Shown here: positions 18,084-26,736 of the stretch, one piece after another
Numbering within the stretch: position 1 is the stretch's first letter
Layout of the letters: the number at the start of each line of letters is the position of its first letter
Source: an uncultured Chloroflexia bacterium
GTDB taxonomy: Bacteria; Chloroflexota; Anaerolineae; JAAYZQ01
DNA: 32,000 bases
Direction: 5' to 3'
Assembly (NCBI GenBank): GCA_963749455.1
Contig: CAVVMX010000006.1
Span: forward strand, 125,769 to 157,768
Notes under the pieces: model-generated
The model's input: only the letters and a program-made list of their open reading frames with translations
Database searches by the model: none
What the model was told of the DNA's origin: nothing
Translations under genes and position numbers: made by a program

Positions 18084-19294
18084 TGTCCCCTCGAGTGATC
18101 CTGCTGGTTATCGACGCGTTGGGCATTGGCGAGATGCCCGACGTCGCGCGGAACAGGCCCCAGGATGCCGGTGCCCATACGCTGGGCAGTGTCCTGCAAG
18201 ATGTGGGCCGCCTGGATCTTCCTGCCATGGCCGAGCTAGGCCTGGGCTGCGTCGATCCCTTGCCCGGCCTCGACCTCCCTGCGTCGGAGCCGCTCGCCAG
18301 CTACGGCCGATGCCGGCTTGCCCACACAGGTGCCGACAGTTACCTGGGACACCAGGAGATCATGGGTGCGATCCCCAAGCCCCCTGTGCTGACCCTCATG
18401 GCGCAGGCAGCCGGCCTGCTGGAGCAGCAGCTCGCTGCACACGGTCATATAGTCAAAAGGCCGCTGGATGGAAAGGGCCTGTTACTGGTCGATGAAGCGC
18501 TCGTGATCGGCGACAACCTGGAGGCCGATCCTGGACTGAATATCAACCTGACCGTCGCCACCGACGAGATCGACTTTGGCCGGGCCCTCGCGATCGGCAA
18601 GATCGTCCGGGAGCTGGTGAGCGTCGCCCGTGTGATCGTCTTTGGAGGGCCCGGCATTACGACCGGCAGCATCCTGGACCACGTGGAGCAGCGAGACAAT
18701 GGACAGCTCGGCGTCAACAGCCCTGCTCTGGGGGTCTACGATGAGCATCTGTTTGTCCAGCACCTGGGCTATGGGGTCGATCCCGAGCGGCAGGCAGCAT
18801 CTATCCTATGCCGGGCTGGCATCCCGGTGGTTCTGCTCGGCAAAATGGCCGATCTGGTCGTCTGCCCCTGCGCCCGCCAGGATTCGGTGGTCCCCACGCC
18901 GCAGCTGATGCGCACGTTGCGCGATTGCTACCGGAGTGCGCTTGGAGGCCTGATCGCAGCCACGGTGCAGGAAACCGACCTGGCCGCTCACGAAGGCGAC
19001 TGTGCGCGATTTGCCCACGTGCTTGGCGACGTAGACCGTGGCTTGCAGGCGCTGCTGCCGGACATGGCCGCAGGCGATCTTCTGATCCTCTGCGCTGACC
19101 ATGGCAACGATCCGCGTGTGAACGTCGGGCTCCACACCAGGGAAGAGACGCCCCTGCTGATCTACCAGAAAGATAGGGCCGCTGTGCCCTTGGGAGTTCG
19201 CAGCACGCTCGCGGATATTGGCGCGACTATCACCCATATGTTCAGTGCACCGCCGACACAGGATGGTGTCACCCTATTGGATCGGAGGAATTGA
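18083..19294 (+). CDS. yhfW: YhfW-like metalloenzyme-superfamily mutase (phosphopentomutase-like)
   Basis: GTG overlaps the yhfX TAG by 1 nt. VILLVIDALGIGEMPD..., ...LILCADHGNDP... These are alkaline-phosphatase-core motifs as in DeoB-type mutases. Confidence 0.75.
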   Translation: MSPRVILLVIDALGIGEMPDVARNRPQDAGAHTLGSVLQDVGRLDLPAMAELGLGCVDPLPGLDLPASEPLASYGRCRLAHTGADSYLGHQEIMGAIPKPPVLTLMAQAAGLLEQQLAAHGHIVKRPLDGKGLLLVDEALVIGDNLEADPGLNINLTVATDEIDFGRALAIGKIVRELVSVARVIVFGGPGITTGSILDHVEQRDNGQLGVNSPALGVYDEHLFVQHLGYGVDPERQAASILCRAGIPVVLLGKMADLVVCPCARQDSVVPTPQLMRTLRDCYRSALGGLIAATVQETDLAAHEGDCARFAHVLGDVDRGLQALLPDMAAGDLLILCADHGNDPRVNVGLHTREETPLLIYQKDRAAVPLGVRSTLADIGATITHMFSAPPTQDGVTLLDRRN

Positions 19295-20700
19295 TGCAAC
19301 TGGAGCTTCTCACGCCGGAGGATGTGGCGAGTGTTCATGCCGCCTCTATCCGCCTACTCGCCGAGATGGGGGTTCGATTCGGCAGCCGAAAGGCGCTGGA
19401 GATCCTGGCTGCTGCGGGCGCCCGCGTCGACCTGGACCGGAAAATGGTCTGGATGCCGGAGACGCTCGTCGAGGACGCCTTGCGTACCACCTCCGGCCAT
19501 TTCCGGCTGTGGAGCCGGGATGGCAGCCAGGTAGTGGACCTGCAGGATGGCCAGATCCGGGGCCATAACGTCGGCGGGTGCGTGCGGATCTTTGATTTCC
19601 TCAAGGGCGAGGCGCGAGACGCAACGCAGGGCGACCTAGTGCAGCTGACTGTTCTCCTGGATGCCCTCGAGAATATCCACGTCTGCCGGCCCATGGTCTA
19701 TCCCCGCGACTTTCCCACCATGCTGCGCGACATCTTTATTCTCGGCACCATGCTCCGGCACACCACCAAGCCGTACGGAGTCACCGCCTACAGCCCGGAG
19801 AACCTCGTCTATATTCTCGAGCTGGCCGGCGTCATCGCCGGCAACCTGGAGAATCTGAGGAGCAGGCCGTTCCTCTGGGGCAGCGTCTGCCCAGACAGCC
19901 CTCTCTCTTACTCTGAGAGCACCTCGAACATCCTGATGCGATACGCCGAGCTTGGGTTGCCGGTTGCCATTGCGCCCTGCCCAATCTGCGGGGGAACAAG
20001 CCCCGTCACCCTGGCCGGAACGCTGGCCCAGCTGAATGCCGAGTTCCTGGCCGGCCTGGTCCTGGTGCAGGTCATCCAGCCTGGAATCGACGCCAAGTAC
20101 ACCGGCCGGCCCATACCCATGGACATGAGGACCGGCAATGCCACATTTGGCGCCGTTGAGGCGGGCATGATGTCCGCCGGAATTGTCCAGTTGGCCAGGC
20201 GCTACCGAGTCTGTTCTGACGTGTACGGCCTGGGTACTCGCTCCAGAGCGCTGGACGAACAGTCGGCGTACGAGAAAGCGATAAACGGCCTGCTGGTGGC
20301 GCTGGCCGGGGCCGATCTGGTAGCGGCTGCGGGGCTGCTTGAGGATGCGCTTACTTCTAGCGCAGAGCAGCTGGTGATCGACAATGACATCCTGGGTATG
20401 ATTTTCCGCGCTGTGCGCGGAATTGGGGTCACGCCCGAAAGCCTGGCCGTCGAAACGATCATGAAGGCGGGCATCGGCGGCAGTTTTCTGACCGAGCCGC
20501 ACACCCTGGCCCATATGCGAAAAGAGCTGTACCTGCCCAAGCTTGCCTCACGCCCAGCTTCCCAGGCGCTCCTGGAGGCAGCTGCTGACAGGGTCCAGAC
20601 CATTCTGGCGTCCCACCAACCCAAGCCGCTCGAGGCGGCGATGGTCGCCGAGATCGAGCGCATCCTGGACCGGGCGACCCGAACGCTGAGGGCACAGTGA
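19294..20700 (+). CDS. MttB-superfamily (trimethylamine methyltransferase family) protein, non-pyrrolysine type
   Basis: ATG 19294 overlaps the yhfW TGA by 1 nt. LLTPEDVASVHAASIRLLAEMGVRF...ALEILAAAGARVD...MPETLVEDALRTT...FRLWSRDG follows the family N-terminal pattern. About 468 aa with no internal stop codon. Confidence 0.8.
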   Translation: MQLELLTPEDVASVHAASIRLLAEMGVRFGSRKALEILAAAGARVDLDRKMVWMPETLVEDALRTTSGHFRLWSRDGSQVVDLQDGQIRGHNVGGCVRIFDFLKGEARDATQGDLVQLTVLLDALENIHVCRPMVYPRDFPTMLRDIFILGTMLRHTTKPYGVTAYSPENLVYILELAGVIAGNLENLRSRPFLWGSVCPDSPLSYSESTSNILMRYAELGLPVAIAPCPICGGTSPVTLAGTLAQLNAEFLAGLVLVQVIQPGIDAKYTGRPIPMDMRTGNATFGAVEAGMMSAGIVQLARRYRVCSDVYGLGTRSRALDEQSAYEKAINGLLVALAGADLVAAAGLLEDALTSSAEQLVIDNDILGMIFRAVRGIGVTPESLAVETIMKAGIGGSFLTEPHTLAHMRKELYLPKLASRPASQALLEAAADRVQTILASHQPKPLEAAMVAEIERILDRATRTLRAQ

Positions 20701-20744
20701 GCGACTTGGACAACAGCGACATCTGTGGACCTCGATGGTCACCC

Positions 20745-21023
20745 GTGACGGCGACCGAGATCACCGTCACCCTCTCCAGCAGGGCGAGCCTGCACGCCCG
20801 TCCGGCAGCGCTGCTGGTACAAGTGGCGAATGGATTTGCCTGTGATGTGCGCGTGTTCAAGGCCGGTGGTGGCTCGGCGAGTGGCAAGAGCATCCTGGGG
20901 ATCCTGAGTCTGGACGTAGGCCCCAGAGACACGATCACCGTTCGAACGGAAGGAGACGATGCTCAGCAGGCGCTCGCTCGCATCCGGGCGCTTGTGGAGA
21001 GCGATTTCGTAGAAGTGGAGTGA
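20745..21023 (+). CDS. ptsH: PTS phosphocarrier protein HPr
   Basis: SLHARPAALLV (His-15 motif) and ASGKSILGILSL (Ser-46 region). The GTG at 20745 gives 92 aa. The ORF-track start GTG 20697, which overlaps the mttB-like stop as GTGA, is an alternative. Confidence 0.85.
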   Translation: MTATEITVTLSSRASLHARPAALLVQVANGFACDVRVFKAGGGSASGKSILGILSLDVGPRDTITVRTEGDDAQQALARIRALVESDFVEVE

Positions 21024-21182
21024 GGAAGGTTCCGGAAAGGGAAACGATCTGTCGAAATGGAGGTGAAAGGCGGCATATTCCAATGCGGGGCCCGCATGAC
21101 CTTGGCCAGGTCAGGTCGGCAGAATTCGGAAGCCCGCAGAAGCTTCCACTCTTGGTAACCAAACAATAAAGGAGAGAGGATC

Positions 21183-22868
21183 ATGAAACGCTTGAACCTA
21201 GTCGTATGCGTGTTGATGGTCGCCACCTTGGCCCTTAGCGCCTGCGGGGCGACGCCTACACCTCAGGTCATCAAGGAGACGGTGCAGGTCAAGGAGACGG
21301 TGCAGGTCAAGGAGACCGTCGAGGTCAAAGAGACCGTGCAGGTCAAAGAGACGGTGCAGGTCAAGGAGACCGTCGAGGTGGTCGTGACCGCCACCCCCGA
21401 GCCGACGCCTGCCCCGAAGAAGGGGGGGGTGCTGATCGCCGCGTATGCAACCGACGCCAAAGGCGTGGACCCGCACACGGCCACCAACTTCTCTGCCTTC
21501 CGCATCCTGGAGCTGACGTACGACTCACTGCTGGCATTCGACAAAGATCTGGCTGTGATTCCGAACCTTGCCGAGTCGTGGAGCTGGTCGGATGATGGGC
21601 TCGCGCTCACCCTGAAACTGCGCCAGGACGTCAAGTTCCATAGCGGCAACCCGCTCACATCAGCGGATGTCAAGTTCTCATTCGAGCGGATCCTGGACGA
21701 AGCTACCGGGGCCGCCGCGCGCTCCTACTTTACCAATATCACCAGCATCGATACGCCCGATGACTATACCGTCGTTCTGCACCTTGCTGAGCCGCAGGTC
21801 TCCCTTCTGGCGGCTATGACGAACGCAAACTCGGCGATCGTGGACTCCAAGGCGGTTCAGGCCGGCGCGGACCCGACCAAGACCGAAGTCGGCTCGGGTC
21901 CATTCAAGCTGGAGAGCTGGGAGCCTGACGTCAAGCTGGTCCTTACTGCCAACGAGGACTACTGGATGCCCGGCCTGCCATACCTGGACGGCATCGAATT
22001 CCGGACGATTCCAGACGAGAGCTCTATCCTGGCTGCGCTGCGCACCAAGCAGATCGATTGGGGCATCATCGCCGACCCGCGGGTGGCTATTGCCGCCGGA
22101 GCGGCCGGCAGCACGCTGGTGATCGACCGGGCGCCCGCGCTGTCGTACCACGTGATGCAGCTCAACGACAAAAAGCCGATCTTCCAGGATGTGCGCGTGC
22201 GGCAGGCCCTGTCATGCGCCATCGACCGGCAGCAGGTTCTGGACACCGCCTCGCTCGGCGAAGGCCAGGTAATCGGTCCGGTGACACCCCCCTACTATCG
22301 CCCCACCGACGCGGAGAGCCTCTACTGCTACACCCAGGATCTGGAGAAGGCCAAGCAGCTGCTGGCGGAGGCCGGCGTGACCACCCTCAAGTTCGCGATG
22401 ATGGCCACCACCGAGGAAATGCCCGTGACCGTCGCCGAGGCGCAGAACATCCAGGCGCAGCTCACCCAGCTGGGTATCGAGACGACCATCGACACAGTCG
22501 AGCTGGGTGTCTTTGTGGACCGCTGGTTCGCGACGGACTTTGACGCCGTGCTCACCGAGAACGGCGGCAACCCCGATCCCGACGTGATGCTCTATCGCTA
22601 TTGGCACAGCACCGGTAACCTGAACTCCATCGCGACCTATAACGCGCCCGAGATCGACGAGCTGCTGACCCAGGGCCGCACCACGGCCGATCCCGAGCAG
22701 CGCAAGGCCATCTACGCCGACGTCTCTCAGAAGCTGACCGAGGCGGCGCCCTGGATCTGGCTGTACGTGGGATACCAGTACCGCGTGATGCAGCCCTACG
22801 TCACGGGCTATACTTCGCTGGCGAATGGCTCTGCCATGTACTTGCGCGAGACGTGGCTCAACAAGTAG
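21183..22868 (+). CDS. ABC transporter substrate-binding lipoprotein, family 5 (peptide/nickel/opine type)
   Basis: AAGGAGAGAGG RBS. Lipobox LALSACG. AESWSWSDDGLALTLKLRQDVKFHSGNPLTSADVKFSFERILD and the overall length are typical of DppA/OppA-type SBPs. Confidence 0.9.
   Translation: MKRLNLVVCVLMVATLALSACGATPTPQVIKETVQVKETVQVKETVEVKETVQVKETVQVKETVEVVVTATPEPTPAPKKGGVLIAAYATDAKGVDPHTATNFSAFRILELTYDSLLAFDKDLAVIPNLAESWSWSDDGLALTLKLRQDVKFHSGNPLTSADVKFSFERILDEATGAAARSYFTNITSIDTPDDYTVVLHLAEPQVSLLAAMTNANSAIVDSKAVQAGADPTKTEVGSGPFKLESWEPDVKLVLTANEDYWMPGLPYLDGIEFRTIPDESSILAALRTKQIDWGIIADPRVAIAAGAAGSTLVIDRAPALSYHVMQLNDKKPIFQDVRVRQALSCAIDRQQVLDTASLGEGQVIGPVTPPYYRPTDAESLYCYTQDLEKAKQLLAEAGVTTLKFAMMATTEEMPVTVAEAQNIQAQLTQLGIETTIDTVELGVFVDRWFATDFDAVLTENGGNPDPDVMLYRYWHSTGNLNSIATYNAPEIDELLTQGRTTADPEQRKAIYADVSQKLTEAAPWIWLYVGYQYRVMQPYVTGYTSLANGSAMYLRETWLNK
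21273..21380 (+). repeat. 18-bp x 6 in-frame tandem repeat encoding (KETVQV-KETVQV-KETVEV) x 2
   Basis: Units run 21273-21290, 21291-21308, 21309-21326, 21327-21344, 21345-21362 and 21363-21380. They sit directly after the lipobox Cys, forming a tether between the lipid anchor and the SBP fold. Confidence 0.95.
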
Positions 22869-22945
22869 GATAGAAACTACGGGAAGTGGTCGGCGGTCAA
22901 AATGCCAGCCGCCGTCCACTTCCCAACGCGCAGAGTGAGACGGTC

Positions 22946-23899
22946 ATGCAGAGTTTCCTGTCCCGGCGGCTGATCGCATTCATACCCACCCTGTTGGGCA
23001 TCACGATCATCATCTTTATCGTGATGCACCTCATCCCGGGTGATACCATCGATGCCATGATCGGCACCGAGTTCAAGCTGACCGAAGTGCAGGCGCAGGC
23101 CCTCCGCGAATACTTTGGGCTGGATAAACCGCTGCCCGAGCAGTATGCGCGCTGGCTCCTGGCCGCCGCGCGCGGCGATTTTGGTTACTCTGTCCGCAAG
23201 GGAGAGCCTGTGCTGCCGCTGATCCTGCGCCACTTTCCTCTCACCCTCGAATTGGCGGTTCTGGGCATGGCAGTCGCCCTATTGCTGGGCATCCCGCTGG
23301 GTGTGCTGTCGGCCGTCAAACGCGATTCGCTGATCGACCTGATCGGACGCCTCTTTGCGCTGATCGGGCTGGCCGTGCCCGCATTCTGGCTGGGCACGCT
23401 GATCATCCTCGTCCTATCGCTGCGTTTCAATATCATGCTCAATGCCGGAAACTATGTCGACCTGTTCGAGGACCCCGTGGGGAATCTAAAACAGATGCTC
23501 TTTCCTGCTCTCGCCCTGGGCTTTGCGGCAAGCGCAGATGTGATGCGCACCATGCGCTCGGCCATGTTGGAGGAGCTGGGGCAAGACTATGCTCGAACGG
23601 CGCGCAGCAAGGGGTTGAGTGAGCGGGCGGTGATCTACAGACATTGCCTCAAGAATGCATTGATCCCCGTCATCACCATTGTTGGCCTTGAAACCGGCTA
23701 CCTTTTCGGCGGCGCCGTCATCGTCGAATCGGTCTTTGCCCTGCCGGGCGTCGGACGGCTCCTTCTGGATGCCATCGGCCAGCGAGACTATGCCGTGGTT
23801 CAGGGGACCATCTTGCTGATCGCCTTCAGTTTTGTCTTGGTGAACCTGTTGACCGATCTGGCCTATGCTTGGGTCAACCCGCGGATTCGCTATGATTGA
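22946..23899 (+). CDS. ABC transporter permease (DppB/OppB type)
   Basis: MQSFLSRRLIAFIPTLLGITIIIFIVMHLIPGD..., with an EAA-loop region ARTARSKGLSERAVIYRHCLKNALIP. Confidence 0.9.
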   Translation: MQSFLSRRLIAFIPTLLGITIIIFIVMHLIPGDTIDAMIGTEFKLTEVQAQALREYFGLDKPLPEQYARWLLAAARGDFGYSVRKGEPVLPLILRHFPLTLELAVLGMAVALLLGIPLGVLSAVKRDSLIDLIGRLFALIGLAVPAFWLGTLIILVLSLRFNIMLNAGNYVDLFEDPVGNLKQMLFPALALGFAASADVMRTMRSAMLEELGQDYARTARSKGLSERAVIYRHCLKNALIPVITIVGLETGYLFGGAVIVESVFALPGVGRLLLDAIGQRDYAVVQGTILLIAFSFVLVNLLTDLAYAWVNPRIRYD

Positions 23900-24782
23900 G
23901 AGCGGCAGCGCGCGTCTTCGTGTTCCTCAATCGGGAGCTCTCCACTCGCGGCGTGCCCGCGGCGTTCTGCGGCTGTTCCGCAGCGGCAGCACCGTGATCG
24001 GATTGATCCTGGTCACCATCTATGTCGTCGTGGCGCTCTTTGCTTCGACGCTGGACGCCTACTCGCCGATCGAGCAGCATCCAAAGGACCGACTACAGCC
24101 ACCCTCCGCCAAGTACCTGCTGGGCACAGACGAGTTCGGGCGTGATATCCTAAGCCGGCTGATGCACGGCGCTACCAACTCCTTGCGTGTTGCCGTCCTG
24201 TCGGTGGCGATTGCGTGCCTGGTGGGAGCCAGCCTCGGCATATTGGCAGGCTACGCCGGAGGGCTGGTGGACAACGTCATCATGCGCGTGATGGACCTTT
24301 TCTTCGCCTTCCCTGCCATGCTGCTGGCGCTTTCAATTGTGACTGCCCTGGGACCGGGGATGAAGAACACCATCCTGGCCATTGCACTCGTCTACATGCC
24401 GATTTTCGCGCGTGTGGCACGCGGCCCCGTCCTTGCCGTCAAGACCATGGAGTTTGTGGATGCGGCGCGGTCAATCGGCGCGCAGCACTTACGCATCGTG
24501 GGGCGTCACATCCTGCCAAACATCACCGCCCCAATCCTCGTTCAGGTCAGCCTTGCACTGTCCTGGGCCATGCTCACCGAGGCCGGCCTCAGTTTCCTGG
24601 GGCTGGGGACCATCCCTCCAACGCCGTCGTGGGGAAGCATGTTGGCTGACAGCCGCAGACTGATGGAGCTCGCCCCCTGGACCGCCGTCTTTCCCGGTCT
24701 GGCGATCATGGTCGGCGTGTTGGGCTTTAACTTGTTGGGCGATGGCCTGCGCGACGTGCTCGACCCGCATCTACGGAACTAG
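23892..24782 (+). CDS. ABC transporter permease (DppC/OppC type)
   Basis: ATG 23892 overlaps the previous stop (ATGATTGA). YLLGTDEFGRDILSRLMHG, EFVDAARSIGAQHLRIVGRHILPN. Confidence 0.9.
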   Translation: MIESGSARLRVPQSGALHSRRARGVLRLFRSGSTVIGLILVTIYVVVALFASTLDAYSPIEQHPKDRLQPPSAKYLLGTDEFGRDILSRLMHGATNSLRVAVLSVAIACLVGASLGILAGYAGGLVDNVIMRVMDLFFAFPAMLLALSIVTALGPGMKNTILAIALVYMPIFARVARGPVLAVKTMEFVDAARSIGAQHLRIVGRHILPNITAPILVQVSLALSWAMLTEAGLSFLGLGTIPPTPSWGSMLADSRRLMELAPWTAVFPGLAIMVGVLGFNLLGDGLRDVLDPHLRN

Positions 24783-24853
24783 CCCAGGCAACCCAATGGC
24801 GCAGCTCTCTTGCAGTTCTCGGAGATCGGTCGCCGGTGCAGATGGAGGAAGGC

Positions 24854-26569
24854 ATGCGGTGGCTTGAAGGTATCTTTGCCTCGGAGGGCGTGGCGATAGG
24901 CGCTGTCTGGATCTATCGCCCCCGTGCTATCGTAGCCGTTGAGCGCACAGTAGCCGCCCCGGAAGCCGAGTCCGCGCGCCTGGGGGCCGCTCTGGCGCGC
25001 GCCAAGGAAGAGTTGGATGCGCTGTACCACAATACCGCCGAGGTAGTGGGCGTCAGGACCGCCGGCATCTTCCAGGCACAACGGTTGATTCTGGAGGATC
25101 CGGAGCTACTCCACGCTGTCGAAGCTCATCTCCGCGCGGGAGCGAATGCGGAAACCGCGCTCGCCACAGAGGTCGAGCGGTTTGCTTCCATGCTGGCCGG
25201 CCTACAAGAACCCACCCTTCGGCAGCGTGCCGCCGACGTGCGGGATGTGGGCCAGCGCGTGCTGCACGTGTTGGCAGGAGCGGAGAGGATCTTGTCGGCT
25301 GCCCCTGGCGCGCCTGCCATCGTCGTCGCCCAAGATCTGAACCCCTCTGAGGTGGCGCAGTTGAACAGGTCTGAGACGCTTGGCATAGCCCTCGCGCGGG
25401 GCGGAAGCACTTCTCACGCGGCTATCCTGGCACGCGGCCTGGGGTTTCCGACCGTCGTCGGCCTCGGCGACCGGCTGCTCGACGCGGTTCAGAACGGCAT
25501 GTTCGTCATCCTTGACGGGCACGCAGGGCTTCTGATCGTGAGTCCGGAAGAAGCCCTGTTGCAGGACTATGGGACACGGCGGGCGCTCTGGCGTTCCGCG
25601 TGCGAAGCGGCGCGTGCCACTGCCCTGGACCCGGCGATCACACTGGACGGCCGCCGGGTAGAGGTTGTAGCCAACCTGGGCGATGGCACGTCGGCACAAG
25701 CCGCGCTGGCCTTCGGCGCGGAAGGGGTGGGCGTGCTGCGCACCGAGTTTCTCTTCCTCCAGCGCGGGGCGATGCCCGACGAGGAGGAGCAGTACATCGC
25801 CTACCGCGCCCTCGCCACGGCGATGGGCTCGCGGCCGCTGATTATCCGGACCCTGGACATTGGGGGTGACAAGGACATTCCCTATCTGGACTTGGGCCAG
25901 GAGCGCAATCCGTTCCTGGGCTACCGCGCGATCCGCATCTCGCTCACCCATCCCGAAATGCTCAAGACGCAGTTGCGAGCGATCCTCCGCGCGGCAGAGG
26001 GCTGCAATGTCAAAGTGATGTTTCCCATGATCGCGACACTCGACGAACTGCGCGCTGCGCGGCGTCTCCTGGAAGAAGCGCGGACGGAGCTGTGCGCGCG
26101 TCTCGGGGCATCTGTTCCCGGCATCGAGGTGGGGATCATGGTCGAAGTACCTTCGGCTGCCGTCTGCGCACCTGTCTTGGCGCGCGAAGTAGACTTTGTC
26201 AGCCTGGGTACGAACGATCTAATCCAGTATACGCTGGCCGCAGACCGCACGAATGAGCGTGTGCGGACCCTCTACGATCCCCTCCAACCGGCTGTCCTCC
26301 ACCTGGTCAAGAAGGTGATCGACGATGCGCATGCCGCCGGCATCTGGGCCGGCGTGTGCGGCGAGATGGCCGCCGACCTCGATGCTGTGCCGCTCCTGCT
26401 TGGCATGGGCCTGGATGAGTTCAGCATGAACGCGGCCACGATCCCCGAGGTCAAGGCCCTGATCCGTTCCCTCCGCTCTGATGCGATGCAAGACCTGGTT
26501 GCGCGCGCTCTGAAATTGCCCACCGCAGTGGAGATCCGTGCGCTGGTCCGCGGGCGGTCTGCGGTCTGA
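24854..26569 (+). CDS. ptsI: phosphoenolpyruvate-protein phosphotransferase (PTS Enzyme I)
   Basis: GGAGG lies 5 nt before ATG 24854. GGSTSHAAILARGLGFP (active-site His), GTNDLIQYTLAADR, FRTEFLF-like LRTEFLFL. Confidence 0.95.
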   Translation: MRWLEGIFASEGVAIGAVWIYRPRAIVAVERTVAAPEAESARLGAALARAKEELDALYHNTAEVVGVRTAGIFQAQRLILEDPELLHAVEAHLRAGANAETALATEVERFASMLAGLQEPTLRQRAADVRDVGQRVLHVLAGAERILSAAPGAPAIVVAQDLNPSEVAQLNRSETLGIALARGGSTSHAAILARGLGFPTVVGLGDRLLDAVQNGMFVILDGHAGLLIVSPEEALLQDYGTRRALWRSACEAARATALDPAITLDGRRVEVVANLGDGTSAQAALAFGAEGVGVLRTEFLFLQRGAMPDEEEQYIAYRALATAMGSRPLIIRTLDIGGDKDIPYLDLGQERNPFLGYRAIRISLTHPEMLKTQLRAILRAAEGCNVKVMFPMIATLDELRAARRLLEEARTELCARLGASVPGIEVGIMVEVPSAAVCAPVLAREVDFVSLGTNDLIQYTLAADRTNERVRTLYDPLQPAVLHLVKKVIDDAHAAGIWAGVCGEMAADLDAVPLLLGMGLDEFSMNAATIPEVKALIRSLRSDAMQDLVARALKLPTAVEIRALVRGRSAV

Positions 26570-26684
26570 CACCCGCTTCTGTTCGACACCGGCCTTCATC
26601 TCGACGACGGGTTTGCACATGCGCCCGGACGATCGAGTTCTGGGCCGCGCCTCTAGACATCCGCGTCGGACCTGCAGCGGCGAT

Positions 26685-26713
26685 TTGACGAACCGGTCAA
26701 CAGCCGCTACACT
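26685..26713 (+). promoter_or_regulatory. sigma-70-type promoter candidate reading toward the second ECF module, antisense to the small minus-strand ORF
   Basis: TTGACG (26685-26690), 17-nt spacer, TACACT (26708-26713). It shares the TACACTGT -10 context with the promoter at 1124. Confidence 0.3.
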
Positions 26714-26736
26714 GTGCGCGGCAAGATGGGGTGTGG

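Noticed and set aside
21273-21380. Possibility that the 18-bp repeats are a CRISPR-like or regulatory array
   Set aside because: The units are contiguous with no spacers, in frame, and sit inside an intact SBP gene. This is a coding tandem repeat.
19636-25951. Minus-strand ORFs inside the central block (19636-20514, 22212-22919, 25202-25951 and others)
   Set aside because: Each overlaps an intact, motif-rich + strand gene (MttB-like, SBP, ptsI).
11280-26720. Calling the lower-GC block a mobile element or genomic island with defined ends
   Set aside because: There is no integrase, transposase, tRNA target, or flanking direct or inverted repeats. Only the TTGAC promoter hexamers are shared between the two borders. 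It is reported as a compositional anomaly only.
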